DNA of 64,000 bases from a virus (IMGVR_UViG_3300020190_000054:633-64632), one strand, 5' to 3'. Positions 47,366 to 56,815 are shown, numbered from the stretch's first letter. The notes: generated from the letters alone by a model not told the origin. Numbers and translations: made by a program.

Positions 47366-49114
47366 ATGCAATTCCGACTCCCAGAACAACTGCAAACTGA
47401 GTTGCTTGCGTATGATCCCAAGCTTAAAGCTCTAGCTCGCAGTCAAAATCCTAAGAAACAAACCAAGAAAGCAACGCATCCACTTGGTAATCCAAATGAT
47501 TTGATTCCAGATGATGTTGTTCGTGCATCGCTGCTTCAAGATGCAATCGATAATATCAACGGTAATCCTGCCGCAGGTAGGTTTCAAATCTTTACCAAAG
47601 TGGTAGATGTTGCTACACCCGAAGCACGTACCGTTACTGTTGCCATTCTTTACTACTATGAGCAATGCTGGTATGCAGCATGGCTTCCGCCCAAGGGTAA
47701 AGAAAATGAGTATCTCTACGGTTATGCATATGCATATAAAGATACTGCAACAGCATTGAAAATGGTATCACGCTCACTAAATGAAGAAAGACATGAAAAC
47801 CTAACAGTTGAAAAGCAATATGGACGCAGCAAATTTTTTGTGCGTCAAGCTGTTATTACAATTGAAGATGTGCGTAAATCTAAATATGATCAATCGGTAA
47901 GACGTTGGAATATTCCAGGTGTTACTTCGTATTATCGAAAATCGCAAGATATGTACAGAGCAATTACTGGATTCGAAGACGCATTGCGTAACAAAATTCC
48001 TACCTGGTCTGATTCCAGGGGGATCTTTGATCGTGTTCGTTGCACTGGAATCGGTAACCTTCTGATTGAAGAAGCAACACCCAATGTAGTTGCTGATCTT
48101 GAATCGTGGTTGCCTTCATATGAATCGTTGATGCAGATCATTGATTCAGATCCAGGGGAGTATCCATATCGTTTGGTAGAGTATCGTTCGTTTGCATCTA
48201 TTAAGCACATTATTAATACACCGTATTTCCGTAGGTGGATTCAACAACAATGTGATTTATCCATTGCTACATTCAATAATCCAGCCACAGAATATGCGGC
48301 AGATGTCAAGCGTCCGTGGTTGACAATCAAAGCATATCTCGGTGCTATCAATAGTATCTACGCAATCTGGCCTAATTGTCCCATTGATTACTATCAAAAT
48401 AATATTGACGTATTGCTCGGTGTTACTTTCCGTTTGAATCAAAACGAAAAGACATTTGAATGGCTACGTCAACATATGCCAATTGCATCATTTATCGGCA
48501 TCTTGTCTAAGTTTTACCAAGAACAATTGCAAGAGGCTAAAAAAGATAATCGTTTGCACCACCGCCGTAGCTTGTATTATAGCGAACGTTTGGGAAGAAA
48601 CGTATTTAGCTTCTCTGATCTCAGTGATGCACTATCAATGCTGACTCAGGTTCTATCCCATGGAGATCTTGAACCACCTAAGCGTTGGCGCATCGCTGAG
48701 TTCCATGATTATGTACAAGGTGAAGCCTGGAAGATCAAGAATCCAAATGAAGGTCTGCCCCAAGACTTGTTCCCGCAACCAGTCAAGGTGCAACTTGATG
48801 GTGAAACTTGGTTATTCTTCCAGCCATATGACACACACCAGCTGTCAAGCTGGGGTCAAGCTGTTCGTAATTGCATTGGTTCTGCTACGCATTATGCGGA
48901 AGACTGCAAGAAGAAGAAACACTTTATTGTTCTGTGCATGATTGACGGTAAGCCTCAGTTCACCATTCAACTCACCGTTGATATGGGTATGATGTCCGTC
49001 AAGCAAATTGCTGGCATTGCCAACAAGAGTCTCACGCAAGAACAGAAAGATCAATACACTCAAGCATTTGGCTTGGCCTTGCAATCTCGTAACGCTCAGC
49101 TAGTATCTGCGTAG
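47366..49114 (+). CDS. PcfJ-like domain protein
   Basis: 582 aa; C-terminal FHDYV...QLSSWGQAVRNCIGS..Y...C...FTIQL...VKQI.G..N. Confidence 0.7.
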   Translation: MQFRLPEQLQTELLAYDPKLKALARSQNPKKQTKKATHPLGNPNDLIPDDVVRASLLQDAIDNINGNPAAGRFQIFTKVVDVATPEARTVTVAILYYYEQCWYAAWLPPKGKENEYLYGYAYAYKDTATALKMVSRSLNEERHENLTVEKQYGRSKFFVRQAVITIEDVRKSKYDQSVRRWNIPGVTSYYRKSQDMYRAITGFEDALRNKIPTWSDSRGIFDRVRCTGIGNLLIEEATPNVVADLESWLPSYESLMQIIDSDPGEYPYRLVEYRSFASIKHIINTPYFRRWIQQQCDLSIATFNNPATEYAADVKRPWLTIKAYLGAINSIYAIWPNCPIDYYQNNIDVLLGVTFRLNQNEKTFEWLRQHMPIASFIGILSKFYQEQLQEAKKDNRLHHRRSLYYSERLGRNVFSFSDLSDALSMLTQVLSHGDLEPPKRWRIAEFHDYVQGEAWKIKNPNEGLPQDLFPQPVKVQLDGETWLFFQPYDTHQLSSWGQAVRNCIGSATHYAEDCKKKKHFIVLCMIDGKPQFTIQLTVDMGMMSVKQIAGIANKSLTQEQKDQYTQAFGLALQSRNAQLVSA

Positions 49115-49166
49115 TTTCCACGGCTTGCCGGTCTTAGTCTCGTACTAAGGCCGGTACCTCGTACTT

Positions 49167-49382
49167 ATGGAATACACTGACGATCAACTCCTTGCCATGG
49201 CACTTGGCAATATCGGTGATTTCATCCATGACAATTCACCACACTATGTGTTGATCGAAGAAGATTTTCGCAACGATGAGGACTACGACACTTGGGATTA
49301 TGGCACTGAGCCATTGCCCCAAGATCACACTTGGCGTCATACATCTATTGATGTTTGTGTAAGTCCAAGTGCGCCTGAGTAG
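49167..49382 (+). CDS. small acidic hypothetical protein overlapping the tRNA 5' end
   Basis: 71 aa ORF. Confidence 0.5.
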   Translation: MEYTDDQLLAMALGNIGDFIHDNSPHYVLIEEDFRNDEDYDTWDYGTEPLPQDHTWRHTSIDVCVSPSAPE

Positions 49383-49448
49383 CCCAGCGGAAGAGGCAAA
49401 CGACTTAAAATCGTTCCAGCGTGGGTTCGAATCCCACCTCAGGTACCA
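49373..49448 (+). tRNA. trnL: tRNA-Leu(UAA), intron-less, short variable loop, encoded CCA
   Basis: Acceptor GCCTGAG/CTCAGGT-A-CCA; anticodon arm AACGA-CT-TAA-AA-TCGTT; T arm GTGGG-TTCGAAT-CCCAC. Confidence 0.92.
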
Positions 49449-49475
49449 ACACACTTCATTTCATTTGGTTTTATC

Positions 49476-49706
49476 ATGCACATTCCTTTGTATAAAGACC
49501 CGTTTGAACCTGGTCGTAATTCTTTACTAACCAGAGAACAAAGAATTTATTTGTACAGACAACGCAAATCTGGAACAACGTTAAAACAGTTATCAATAGA
49601 ATTAAATATTACAAAAGAACGTATACGACAAATTTATTTTAAAACAAATAGAATTATTGATTCTATTAAAGTAATTAATAAAGAGAAGTATCAAACAATG
49701 GTTTAA
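49476..49706 (+). CDS. sigma-70 region-4-like HTH protein
   Basis: LTREQRI...G.TLKQLSIELNITKERIRQI. Confidence 0.7.
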   Translation: MHIPLYKDPFEPGRNSLLTREQRIYLYRQRKSGTTLKQLSIELNITKERIRQIYFKTNRIIDSIKVINKEKYQTMV

Positions 49707-49764
49707 TTTCTGGGCGTCCACATGGTGTAAGCCCCAGTTTAGTTCAATTCAATTCATTACAACA

Positions 49765-50127
49765 ATGGAATTCCTTTCTGCTTTTCGTCATTTCATCCCT
49801 GAGTTCCACGCTTACTCTGATGACGAGCAGCGTTACAACCTTGGAGCAACCTGGACAGCGGCTGACGGTCTTAAGGACTATCACAACTTCGAACTACGGT
49901 ACGTACGTAACTCAGAGCGTCTTGCTCTCCAGGGTGATCCCCAGCCTGATGGCAGCTGGAAGTATGTGGAACCTTGCGGACGTATTCACACTATGTCCGC
50001 AGAACGAGCCAAAGCTTTCATGGAGCAGACTCATCATCATGCCACCATCATGTGCGGGATGCTTGATCGCCTGAAAGATGCTGGTCTCATGGAACCGGTC
50101 ATTGACACGAACGCACAACCTGCCTAA
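49765..50127 (+). CDS. hypothetical protein
   Basis: 120 aa ORF with an A/C-rich leader. Confidence 0.65.
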   Translation: MEFLSAFRHFIPEFHAYSDDEQRYNLGATWTAADGLKDYHNFELRYVRNSERLALQGDPQPDGSWKYVEPCGRIHTMSAERAKAFMEQTHHHATIMCGMLDRLKDAGLMEPVIDTNAQPA

Positions 50128-50141
50128 TGTGTAGACGCACT

Positions 50142-50169
50142 TCCCCCCGTCCCCATCGGGGGGATTTTT
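50142..50169 (+). terminator. intrinsic terminator
   Basis: TCCCCCCG...CGGGGGGA followed by TTTTT. Confidence 0.7.
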
Positions 50170-50178
50170 AATTGCATT

Positions 50179-50502
50179 ATGGAAACCAACTCAAACCCAA
50201 ACAAAGGTATTGACCTTAACCTTGTCGATCAAGTTGTAGCTCACATCCCAGCTTGGACTTGGACTGTAGTCAAAAAACAACTGGTTGACGCACTGGTTAA
50301 TGCAATGCCTACCACGGTGCTTGAGAAATTGACAGGAGATCCAACCGACGATGATCGTGCATTGGAAATCCTGGATGATTATTACAAAACAAATGACATG
50401 AATCAAGAACTAATCATTGATGCGTTCAAAATCTTGGGTGAAGAGCACACTGTTTATTTGCTTGATGCTTTGCAGCTTGACAAGATCAAAGCGCCACAAT
50501 GA
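50179..50502 (+). CDS. hypothetical protein
   Basis: 107 aa ORF. Confidence 0.6.
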   Translation: METNSNPNKGIDLNLVDQVVAHIPAWTWTVVKKQLVDALVNAMPTTVLEKLTGDPTDDDRALEILDDYYKTNDMNQELIIDAFKILGEEHTVYLLDALQLDKIKAPQ

Positions 50503-50831
50503 AATGCCGCAATTGCAACAGTAAAAACACACGTGTCATTTGCACAGATCAATTTGATGTAGTAACTAAACGTTACTGCCGGTGTCTTGATTGCAACACT
50601 AGCTTTCGCACTGTCGAACGCTACGAAGTTGCTAAGCCTATACCGTTGAATCCAGCTCCCAACATTGGAGTAGACAACCCAAACTCAAGGCTTACCACCA
50701 GGGAAATCCTAATGATCAGACACTTACATCAAAAAGGATTAAGCAATGGTCAACTAGCAATTCGTTTTAATCAATGCCGTAGTACCATCAGTCGTGTTGT
50801 CAACTACAAAACTTACACAAACATTAAGTAA
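50499..50831 (+). CDS. NrdR-type zinc ribbon fused to an HTH
   Basis: MKCRNC...TRV...RYCRCLDC..SFRTVE, then NSRLT...GLSNGQLAIRFNQCRSTISRVV. Confidence 0.7.
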   Translation: MKCRNCNSKNTRVICTDQFDVVTKRYCRCLDCNTSFRTVERYEVAKPIPLNPAPNIGVDNPNSRLTTREILMIRHLHQKGLSNGQLAIRFNQCRSTISRVVNYKTYTNIK

Positions 50832-50836
50832 TTTAC

Positions 50837-51136
50837 ATGACTACTAAAGAACAACCTAAATTCAACATTGGTGATCGCGTAGCCGAGAAACCAAAGCCAC
50901 GTGCAATTTTGACGAATAAACCTGAGGTCAGGGAAAAGATTAAACCTTTTACCACTCAAAGGTATGGCACTGTACTTGATACGGTATATAAGCCGGTTTC
51001 CAATGGAAAGCGGGTTCCATACGTAAAGATTATGTGGGATTATTCCAGCTCTCCATCAGTTCATTCACAGAATAGAATCTGTCTTCAACAAGATTTGGCT
51101 GAGGAAATGGACAACTACTTCACTGCAACTTCATGA
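50837..51136 (+). CDS. SH3/KOW-like small protein
   Basis: KFNIGDRV...YGTV...VKIMWD. Confidence 0.55.
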   Translation: MTTKEQPKFNIGDRVAEKPKPRAILTNKPEVREKIKPFTTQRYGTVLDTVYKPVSNGKRVPYVKIMWDYSSSPSVHSQNRICLQQDLAEEMDNYFTATS

Positions 51137-51137
51137 C

Positions 51138-51770
51138 ATGACTGTTGAACTCACTTGGGCAACACCAAACGCCGAAGCACTCATCGTTGAAATGGCACGT
51201 GTCTCGGCACCAGAGAACCAAAGTAACTTGGATACAGCTCCAAGGTTATTGAAGTATCTTATTCGCAATCACCATTGGTCTCCATTTGAAATGGGAAACA
51301 TGTGCGTAAAGATACACACGGAACGTGACATCTCTGCACAAATACTTAGGCATCGATCATTTAGTTTTCAAGAATACAGTACGCGCTATGCAGAAGCGCA
51401 GGCTTACACTATGCCTCAATACCGTAGGCAAGACTTTGCTAATCGCCAAAATTCAATCGATGATTTATCTCCAAGTATGCTTGATGAATTAACTCGATTA
51501 ACGGACCAAGCGTTAACAAATGTTGATTCAATTTATAGACGCATGCTTAGTCTTGGTGTTGCGAAAGAAACAGCAAGGCGCATACTTCCACTTTGTACAA
51601 AAACAACTTTGTATATGAATGGAACTTTACGTAGCTGGATTCATTATCTTCAGCTGCGTACCCATGAATCAACCCAACTTGAACACAGGCTTATTGCAAA
51701 ACAAATCCAGGCTATTTTTATGGAACAATTCTCAGTAATAGCTGAGGCTGCCTTTGAAACTCACAACTGA
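51138..51770 (+). CDS. thyX: FAD-dependent thymidylate synthase
   Basis: HWSPFEM, QILRHRSFSFQEYSTRY, GVAKETARRILP, GTLRSWIHY..LR....Q.EHR. Confidence 0.97.
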   Translation: MTVELTWATPNAEALIVEMARVSAPENQSNLDTAPRLLKYLIRNHHWSPFEMGNMCVKIHTERDISAQILRHRSFSFQEYSTRYAEAQAYTMPQYRRQDFANRQNSIDDLSPSMLDELTRLTDQALTNVDSIYRRMLSLGVAKETARRILPLCTKTTLYMNGTLRSWIHYLQLRTHESTQLEHRLIAKQIQAIFMEQFSVIAEAAFETHN

Positions 51771-52092
51771 TTACGACATGATGACTTCTGAACTTCGTCG
51801 ACTTAACTACAAAAGGAGAGAGTCTCAGCTCCTGGAAGAACTCGAATGCTTTCATCCAGTGATTGAAAAAGTATCACGTGCCATAAGCGACTGGCAATCA
51901 GAGCGTGATTGGTATTTTCAAACGGATCGTGCCTTCAGGACGTTAGATGCTGTGGCAACTGAATTGAATAAGGAAGGGCATCGTGAAGCAGCAAGTTACT
52001 TGTTGCGCATCATCGGTAGTCACATACCCAAACCTCGCTCTGCTGACAGCAAGCCTGAAGAACCTCAACGTCTTAGCCAACTGTACTTCTGA
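51754..52092 (+). CDS. hypothetical protein
   Basis: 112 aa ORF. Confidence 0.5.
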   Translation: MKLTTDYDMMTSELRRLNYKRRESQLLEELECFHPVIEKVSRAISDWQSERDWYFQTDRAFRTLDAVATELNKEGHREAASYLLRIIGSHIPKPRSADSKPEEPQRLSQLYF

Positions 52093-52352
52093 TGGACATC
52101 AAAGAAACCACTGTTATCAAAGAAGAATTCAGCATCGATGAAGACAAGTACATCGCAGAGATTACTCTTAATCTCAACGGTGAATCTTCTTGGATTGAAT
52201 ACAGAGAGTACGAAAAGGATGGTGTTGGTTCTGCCATGTCAAGTGAAGTGACCATCCCATCGATGCACTTAATGGAAGAACTTGGTAAACGCCTATTGCG
52301 TTATGCAAACCTCTATCGATTCAACAAAGCAACAGACGAAGAACTTACTTAA
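52092..52352 (+). CDS. acidic hypothetical protein
   Basis: 86 aa; TGATG coupling. Confidence 0.55.
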   Translation: MDIKETTVIKEEFSIDEDKYIAEITLNLNGESSWIEYREYEKDGVGSAMSSEVTIPSMHLMEELGKRLLRYANLYRFNKATDEELT

Positions 52353-52500
52353 GTTGACCACCAGTTACATATGGCATGTAATGGTGACCACGATAAGTAA
52401 GACCAAGCCAAGGACGATGAGCTAAATTCCACCAGGCTCGTTGTTTCTTGGCTTCTTCTTCTTTGTAATACTTGCAACCTCTGTAAGTAAGCTGTGTCAT
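52345..52500 (-). CDS. DUF4278-like 51-aa peptide (not in the ORF track)
   Basis: Manual translation MTQLTYRGCKYYKEEEAKKQRAWWNLAHRPWLGLTYRGHHYMPYVTGGQLK; duplicated LTYRG..Y motif. Confidence 0.75.
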   Translation of the reverse strand: MTQLTYRGCKYYKEEEAKKQRAWWNLAHRPWLGLTYRGHHYMPYVTGGQLK

Positions 52501-52624
52501 GACTAAAAACAAGCGGTGGGTTGTTTACCTAAAACCTTTTGATTGTTCGCAGTTTCTTTTGAAGTGCGGACAATCTTTTTCTTTTTGTCAATCAAATAAA
52601 CAATGAAGCCTTTATGCATGATTC

Positions 52625-52639
52625 TGTATCTATTGCTAC
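52625..52639. promoter_or_regulatory. putative NtcA-binding site TGTATC-N4-GCTAC
   Basis: GTA-N8-TAC at 52626-52639 between divergent genes; TATGAT 24 nt downstream on the plus strand. Confidence 0.45.
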
Positions 52640-52703
52640 GGAAAGTATATGACGATTCATGTATATGATGTCGTTCATCCAGATACAAACTTATAAAATT
52701 TTT

Positions 52704-52730
52704 TGTCCTAAGCATGACATTAAACTGTTA
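52704..52730 (+). ncRNA. H-type pseudoknot element
   Basis: TGTC-CT-AAGCA-T-GACA-TTAAAC-TGTT. Confidence 0.6.
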
Positions 52731-52792
52731 GGTGCATATAAGTTTTACTTATGTGTGGCCGTACATTCTTCAACTCAACCCAAGTCAACACA

Positions 52793-53572
52793 ATGAAACT
52801 TCTCAAGTTCTCCACGGGTAATGCCAAGCTTGGTAAGCGTCTCATCTTTAATCTCCCAGCGGGCTATGCATGCCCTAACGCAGGCGTATGCAAGACCATG
52901 GCTGATAGAACTACAGGTGAAATCAGAGACCTGCCACAGCTCAATGGAACGCAAGCAGATGAATTCCGCTGCTTTGCTGCAATGGCAGAGACCAGGCCAA
53001 ACGTACGTGATTCCAGGTGGCACAACTGGGACTTACTGCGTGAAGCCATGTATGAATCCAGTGATCAACTTAAAGCACTGACTTCTATCATCGAACTATC
53101 GCTCATGGTTCAGCCAAAGCTGGACCTATGTCGCATTCACGAGTCAGGCGACTTCTGGACTGAGCAGTACCTACGTGCATGGCTCAACGTTGCACGTAAC
53201 AATACCGACATCAAGTTTTACGCCTACACCAAGTCTCTTGGTATGTGGCTCAGTTGTCAGTCCGAAATCCCATCCAACGTCTATCTCACCGCATCACACG
53301 GTGGTACTCTCGATTACTTAATCTCCAAACATAAAGAAATCTTTAAGAGAGTAGCCTACGTTGTGTACACGGAAGAACAAGCAGAGGCACTGGGACTCGA
53401 GGTGGATCACGATGACTCACATTGTTTCGGCACTAAGCCATTCGCACTATTGGTACATGGCTCCCAGCGGGCAGGATCCGATGCCAGTAAAGCAATATCT
53501 CAACGTAAGTCCCAGGGGAAATTTGTTGGTTACAACAAAGCCAAACAACAACATTACTTAGTGCTTGCATGA
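52793..53572 (+). CDS. Gp88-like (radical-SAM-like fold) phage protein
   Basis: GNAKL...FNLPAGYACP..GVC...CFA...RIHESGDF...FYAYTK. Confidence 0.75.
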   Translation: MKLLKFSTGNAKLGKRLIFNLPAGYACPNAGVCKTMADRTTGEIRDLPQLNGTQADEFRCFAAMAETRPNVRDSRWHNWDLLREAMYESSDQLKALTSIIELSLMVQPKLDLCRIHESGDFWTEQYLRAWLNVARNNTDIKFYAYTKSLGMWLSCQSEIPSNVYLTASHGGTLDYLISKHKEIFKRVAYVVYTEEQAEALGLEVDHDDSHCFGTKPFALLVHGSQRAGSDASKAISQRKSQGKFVGYNKAKQQHYLVLA

Positions 53573-53669
53573 TTTAAAAAATCCATTACCATCTGTAAGT
53601 TCTTTTTGCTCCCCCTGACCCCCACCGGGGACCACCAGGGGGTACTCTCTTTATTAAAGAAACTTACTT

Positions 53670-53903
53670 ATGTCTTACATTATTGCCACTTGGAAAGGTA
53701 CCACTCCTTACGGAGTAAGGGCCGATAGAGACTCCAATTCATTTCAACTTATTCCGCTAGTATCAGACGTAGCCCTGAGCCAGGTGTACTCCTCGCCATA
53801 CCAATCAGGAGCACAGTCAATACTTAAGTGGATCAAAGAAAATGACACAGTTCTCTCCGGTGAAGAATTCGAAGTTTGCGATGAAGGACGTTTCCGGAAG
53901 TGA
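53670..53903 (+). CDS. hypothetical protein
   Basis: 77 aa ORF. Confidence 0.5.
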   Translation: MSYIIATWKGTTPYGVRADRDSNSFQLIPLVSDVALSQVYSSPYQSGAQSILKWIKENDTVLSGEEFEVCDEGRFRK

Positions 53904-55707
53904 GCGGTGGTACGTTGTTGATATTGAAACAGATAACCTTTACGACAAAGTTACAAAAATATATTGTATTGTTCTCCACGATGTCCAAGGAGAACAGACT
54001 TTTACTTATGGGCCTGATCGTATTGCTGACGGTCTTGAGCATATGGCTAACGCTCATGTGCTCATTGGTCACAACATCATCTTTTACGATCTGCCGGTTA
54101 TAAGAAAACTTTATCCTTTTTATACATTTAAAGCAGCTCGACTTATCGACACACTCATTTGCACTCGACTTATCTGGCCTAAGGAAGTTCTTTATGATCT
54201 CGACACAGAACAATATACGGAGGTTCCAAAGAATCTCTGTGGTTCAGCCTCGCTTAAAGCATGGGGCTACCGATTGGCAGACAATAAAATTGAATTTAAA
54301 GACTTCACGAAATTCTCTAACGAAATGTTGGAGTACTGCGTCCAGGACGTTAATGTCACCACTCAACTCTTTAGGCTTGTTCAAAAGCAAAACTATAGAG
54401 AGTCGGCATTACGGCTTGAACATGATTTTGCCATCTCCATTAATGAACAAATTAGAACAGGTTTTCCTTTTGATGTTGATGCATGCCTTGATCTTGTGGA
54501 TGTGCTTAGAACAAGACAAACGGAACTCGAAAGCAATTTAAAAGAAATCTTTCCGCCTATTAAACATGAAGAAGTATTTATTCCCAAAGTAAATAACGCT
54601 AAACGTGGTTATGTCAAAGGCGAACCATTCACTAAAGTCTTGTACCAAGAATTTAATCCTGGCTCTCGTGAACAAATTGTTGAAAGACTTAAAAACAAAT
54701 ACGGGTGGTCCCCTGCAAAAACTACGGATAAAGGCAATCCGGTGCTTAATGACGATGTACTGGAAGCACTTCCATACCCCGAAGCAAAACCACTTGCGGA
54801 ATACATGCTTGTCAAGAAACGTCTTGGGCAAATAGCTGATGGATCCAACGCATGGTTAAAGCTTGTCAACAATGACACCGGTTGTATTCACGGTGATGTA
54901 ATTACTAACGGCTGCATTACGGGTCGTTGTGCGCACCGTAATCCCAACATGGGTCAGGTACCTGCAAGTTATTCGCCATATGGAAAAGAATGCCGATCAT
55001 TATTCCATACGCCCCAGGGATGGGCATTGATTGGTGTTGATGCCAAAGCGTTGGAACTCAGATGCCTTGCTGGTTATTTGGCACATTGGGATAGTGGTGA
55101 ATACGCACGTATTGTTACTGATGAATCAATTGACATTCATGTTTATAACCAAGAGCGATTTGGTGTAGCTACCAGGGATATCAGTAAGCGTTTACTCTAT
55201 GGGCTTCTATATGGGTGTGGTGCATTGAAGGCTGGCACTATTATTGATCCGAATGAAAAAGATGAAATTGTTCTGCGTCGTATGGGAGGTAACGCAATTA
55301 ATTCATTCATGAATAGTGTGCCTGCTTTGCGTCAGCTTAAACAAAAGATTGAATCAACTATTCAAGAACGTAATTACTTGCGTGGGCTTGATGGCCGTGC
55401 ACTTTTTTGTAGATCTGAATTCAAAGGATTAAATGTTTTATTGCAATCATCTGGTGCATTAATTATGAAACAAGTTGTTATTGAACTTCACAAAACTATG
55501 TATGAAGAAGGGTATGTCTACGGCATGGACTGGCAGCAAAATGCCATGATCCATGACGAACTTCAATTGTCTTGTCCGTCTCACATGATTGACACTTTGA
55601 AACAAGAAGCGCTTGATTCATTTCCAAAAGCTCAGCAATTCTTTGGATTTCAATGTCTTATTGAGGGTGATGCCCATGTAGGATCCTGCTGGGCTGAGAC
55701 GCATTAG
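53842..55707 (+). CDS. family A DNA polymerase, T7 gp5-like (3'-5' exonuclease plus polymerase)
   Basis: ExoI DIETD, ExoII GHNIIFYD, ExoIII YCVQDV; TGRCAH..PNMGQVP; motif A DAKALELR; motif B RDISKRLLYGLLYG; motif C IHDE. Confidence 0.97.
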   Translation: MTQFSPVKNSKFAMKDVSGSERWYVVDIETDNLYDKVTKIYCIVLHDVQGEQTFTYGPDRIADGLEHMANAHVLIGHNIIFYDLPVIRKLYPFYTFKAARLIDTLICTRLIWPKEVLYDLDTEQYTEVPKNLCGSASLKAWGYRLADNKIEFKDFTKFSNEMLEYCVQDVNVTTQLFRLVQKQNYRESALRLEHDFAISINEQIRTGFPFDVDACLDLVDVLRTRQTELESNLKEIFPPIKHEEVFIPKVNNAKRGYVKGEPFTKVLYQEFNPGSREQIVERLKNKYGWSPAKTTDKGNPVLNDDVLEALPYPEAKPLAEYMLVKKRLGQIADGSNAWLKLVNNDTGCIHGDVITNGCITGRCAHRNPNMGQVPASYSPYGKECRSLFHTPQGWALIGVDAKALELRCLAGYLAHWDSGEYARIVTDESIDIHVYNQERFGVATRDISKRLLYGLLYGCGALKAGTIIDPNEKDEIVLRRMGGNAINSFMNSVPALRQLKQKIESTIQERNYLRGLDGRALFCRSEFKGLNVLLQSSGALIMKQVVIELHKTMYEEGYVYGMDWQQNAMIHDELQLSCPSHMIDTLKQEALDSFPKAQQFFGFQCLIEGDAHVGSCWAETH

Positions 55708-55942
55708 CTAATGACAAATCAACTAACTCCTGAACAAATCGATGCATTTCTAGATTTGCCATGTCAGTTAAAAAACCCGGATTGTTTGAACGTATTCAAA
55801 TGTCAGCTGGCAAGATGCCATTATGGAACTGGGCAGACAATGTAACTGTCGGACTGGCAGCGCTTGTCGTCTTGGTTGCCGTTGTGGCTGTGCTGCTAGT
55901 AACTTGTAAGGTTTAGTTACTAGTTCATTTGTTTTGTTACTT

Positions 55943-55969
55943 CGTCCCAGGTATGACGTTAAACTGCCT
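55943..55969 (+). ncRNA. H-type pseudoknot element
   Basis: CGTC-CC-AGGTA-T-GACG-TTAAAC-TGCCT. Confidence 0.7.
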
Positions 55970-55989
55970 TCTACTACTCTTTTGTATCT

Positions 55990-56802
55990 ATGAACTTTGT
56001 AAGCATTTGCGCACAAACAACTGAGGAGCCTCGCGAGGTTTACGTCAGTGCCACATCTACTGCAATTCGTTGCAATGTTTTGTTGCCTCCAGTAGGGAAC
56101 AAAGCACCTACTCCAATTGAACTTAACGTTTATGGAAAAAACTCAGAGCGGTTTGCTCGTACAACGAAGCACTCCAAGGTCTTCATTCATGGCGCAAAAT
56201 TACGCTTTGACCTTGACTCCAGAACGTATTCATTGCATGGAGGAGTTATCGCTACGGTTGATGAAACGTTCCCTATCTTTAACACAGTCATCCTCAGTGG
56301 CCGTTGCGTTAAAGACATCTATCGCGATGACGAACGCGCTTTCAAAACAACCACTGATGGATTGATGGTCTGCAATCAAACCTTATCAGTAAGTACTGGT
56401 AAGAACCAAGCAGATCTGTTTAACTTTTATGCAATTAATACAAGTCAAGACAAGTTAAACAATGCGGAACTACTTGTTAATTTCACGCGTAAAGGTGTTG
56501 GCCTCACGATTAATGGCCGTTTGGTTACTGATGAATGGAATGATTCTCAAACCAAAGAACGCAAGCATGCTACCAAGATCCAATTGGTAAGTATGACCCT
56601 GGCTCCCAAGGCTTCGCTGCCTAATAAAGATGGTGAAGGTCGGGAGATTAAACCGCAGACAACAGTTAACGGTGCAGGGAAAGTTGCTTCGCTTTGGGGC
56701 GGAAAAACATTGGATGACAATCCTTGGGATCAGACGAGCGGGCTACCGGATTTGCCTGGTCAGTACGGTGCTGCACCTGATCTTGACAACGAACCTTTCT
56801 AA
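55990..56802 (+). CDS. ssb: single-stranded DNA-binding protein with tandem OB folds
   Basis: Two OB-like units (MNFVSICAQ..., FNTVILSGR...KG..LTINGRLVTDEW); acidic tail ending DLDNEPF. Confidence 0.8.
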   Translation: MNFVSICAQTTEEPREVYVSATSTAIRCNVLLPPVGNKAPTPIELNVYGKNSERFARTTKHSKVFIHGAKLRFDLDSRTYSLHGGVIATVDETFPIFNTVILSGRCVKDIYRDDERAFKTTTDGLMVCNQTLSVSTGKNQADLFNFYAINTSQDKLNNAELLVNFTRKGVGLTINGRLVTDEWNDSQTKERKHATKIQLVSMTLAPKASLPNKDGEGREIKPQTTVNGAGKVASLWGGKTLDDNPWDQTSGLPDLPGQYGAAPDLDNEPF

Positions 56803-56815
56803 TTAACTACTCACC

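Noticed and set aside
52503-52715. 70-aa minus-strand ORF
   Set aside because: It spans a promoter-like region and the antisense of a pseudoknot. The more convincing gene is the 51-aa ORF at 52345-52500.
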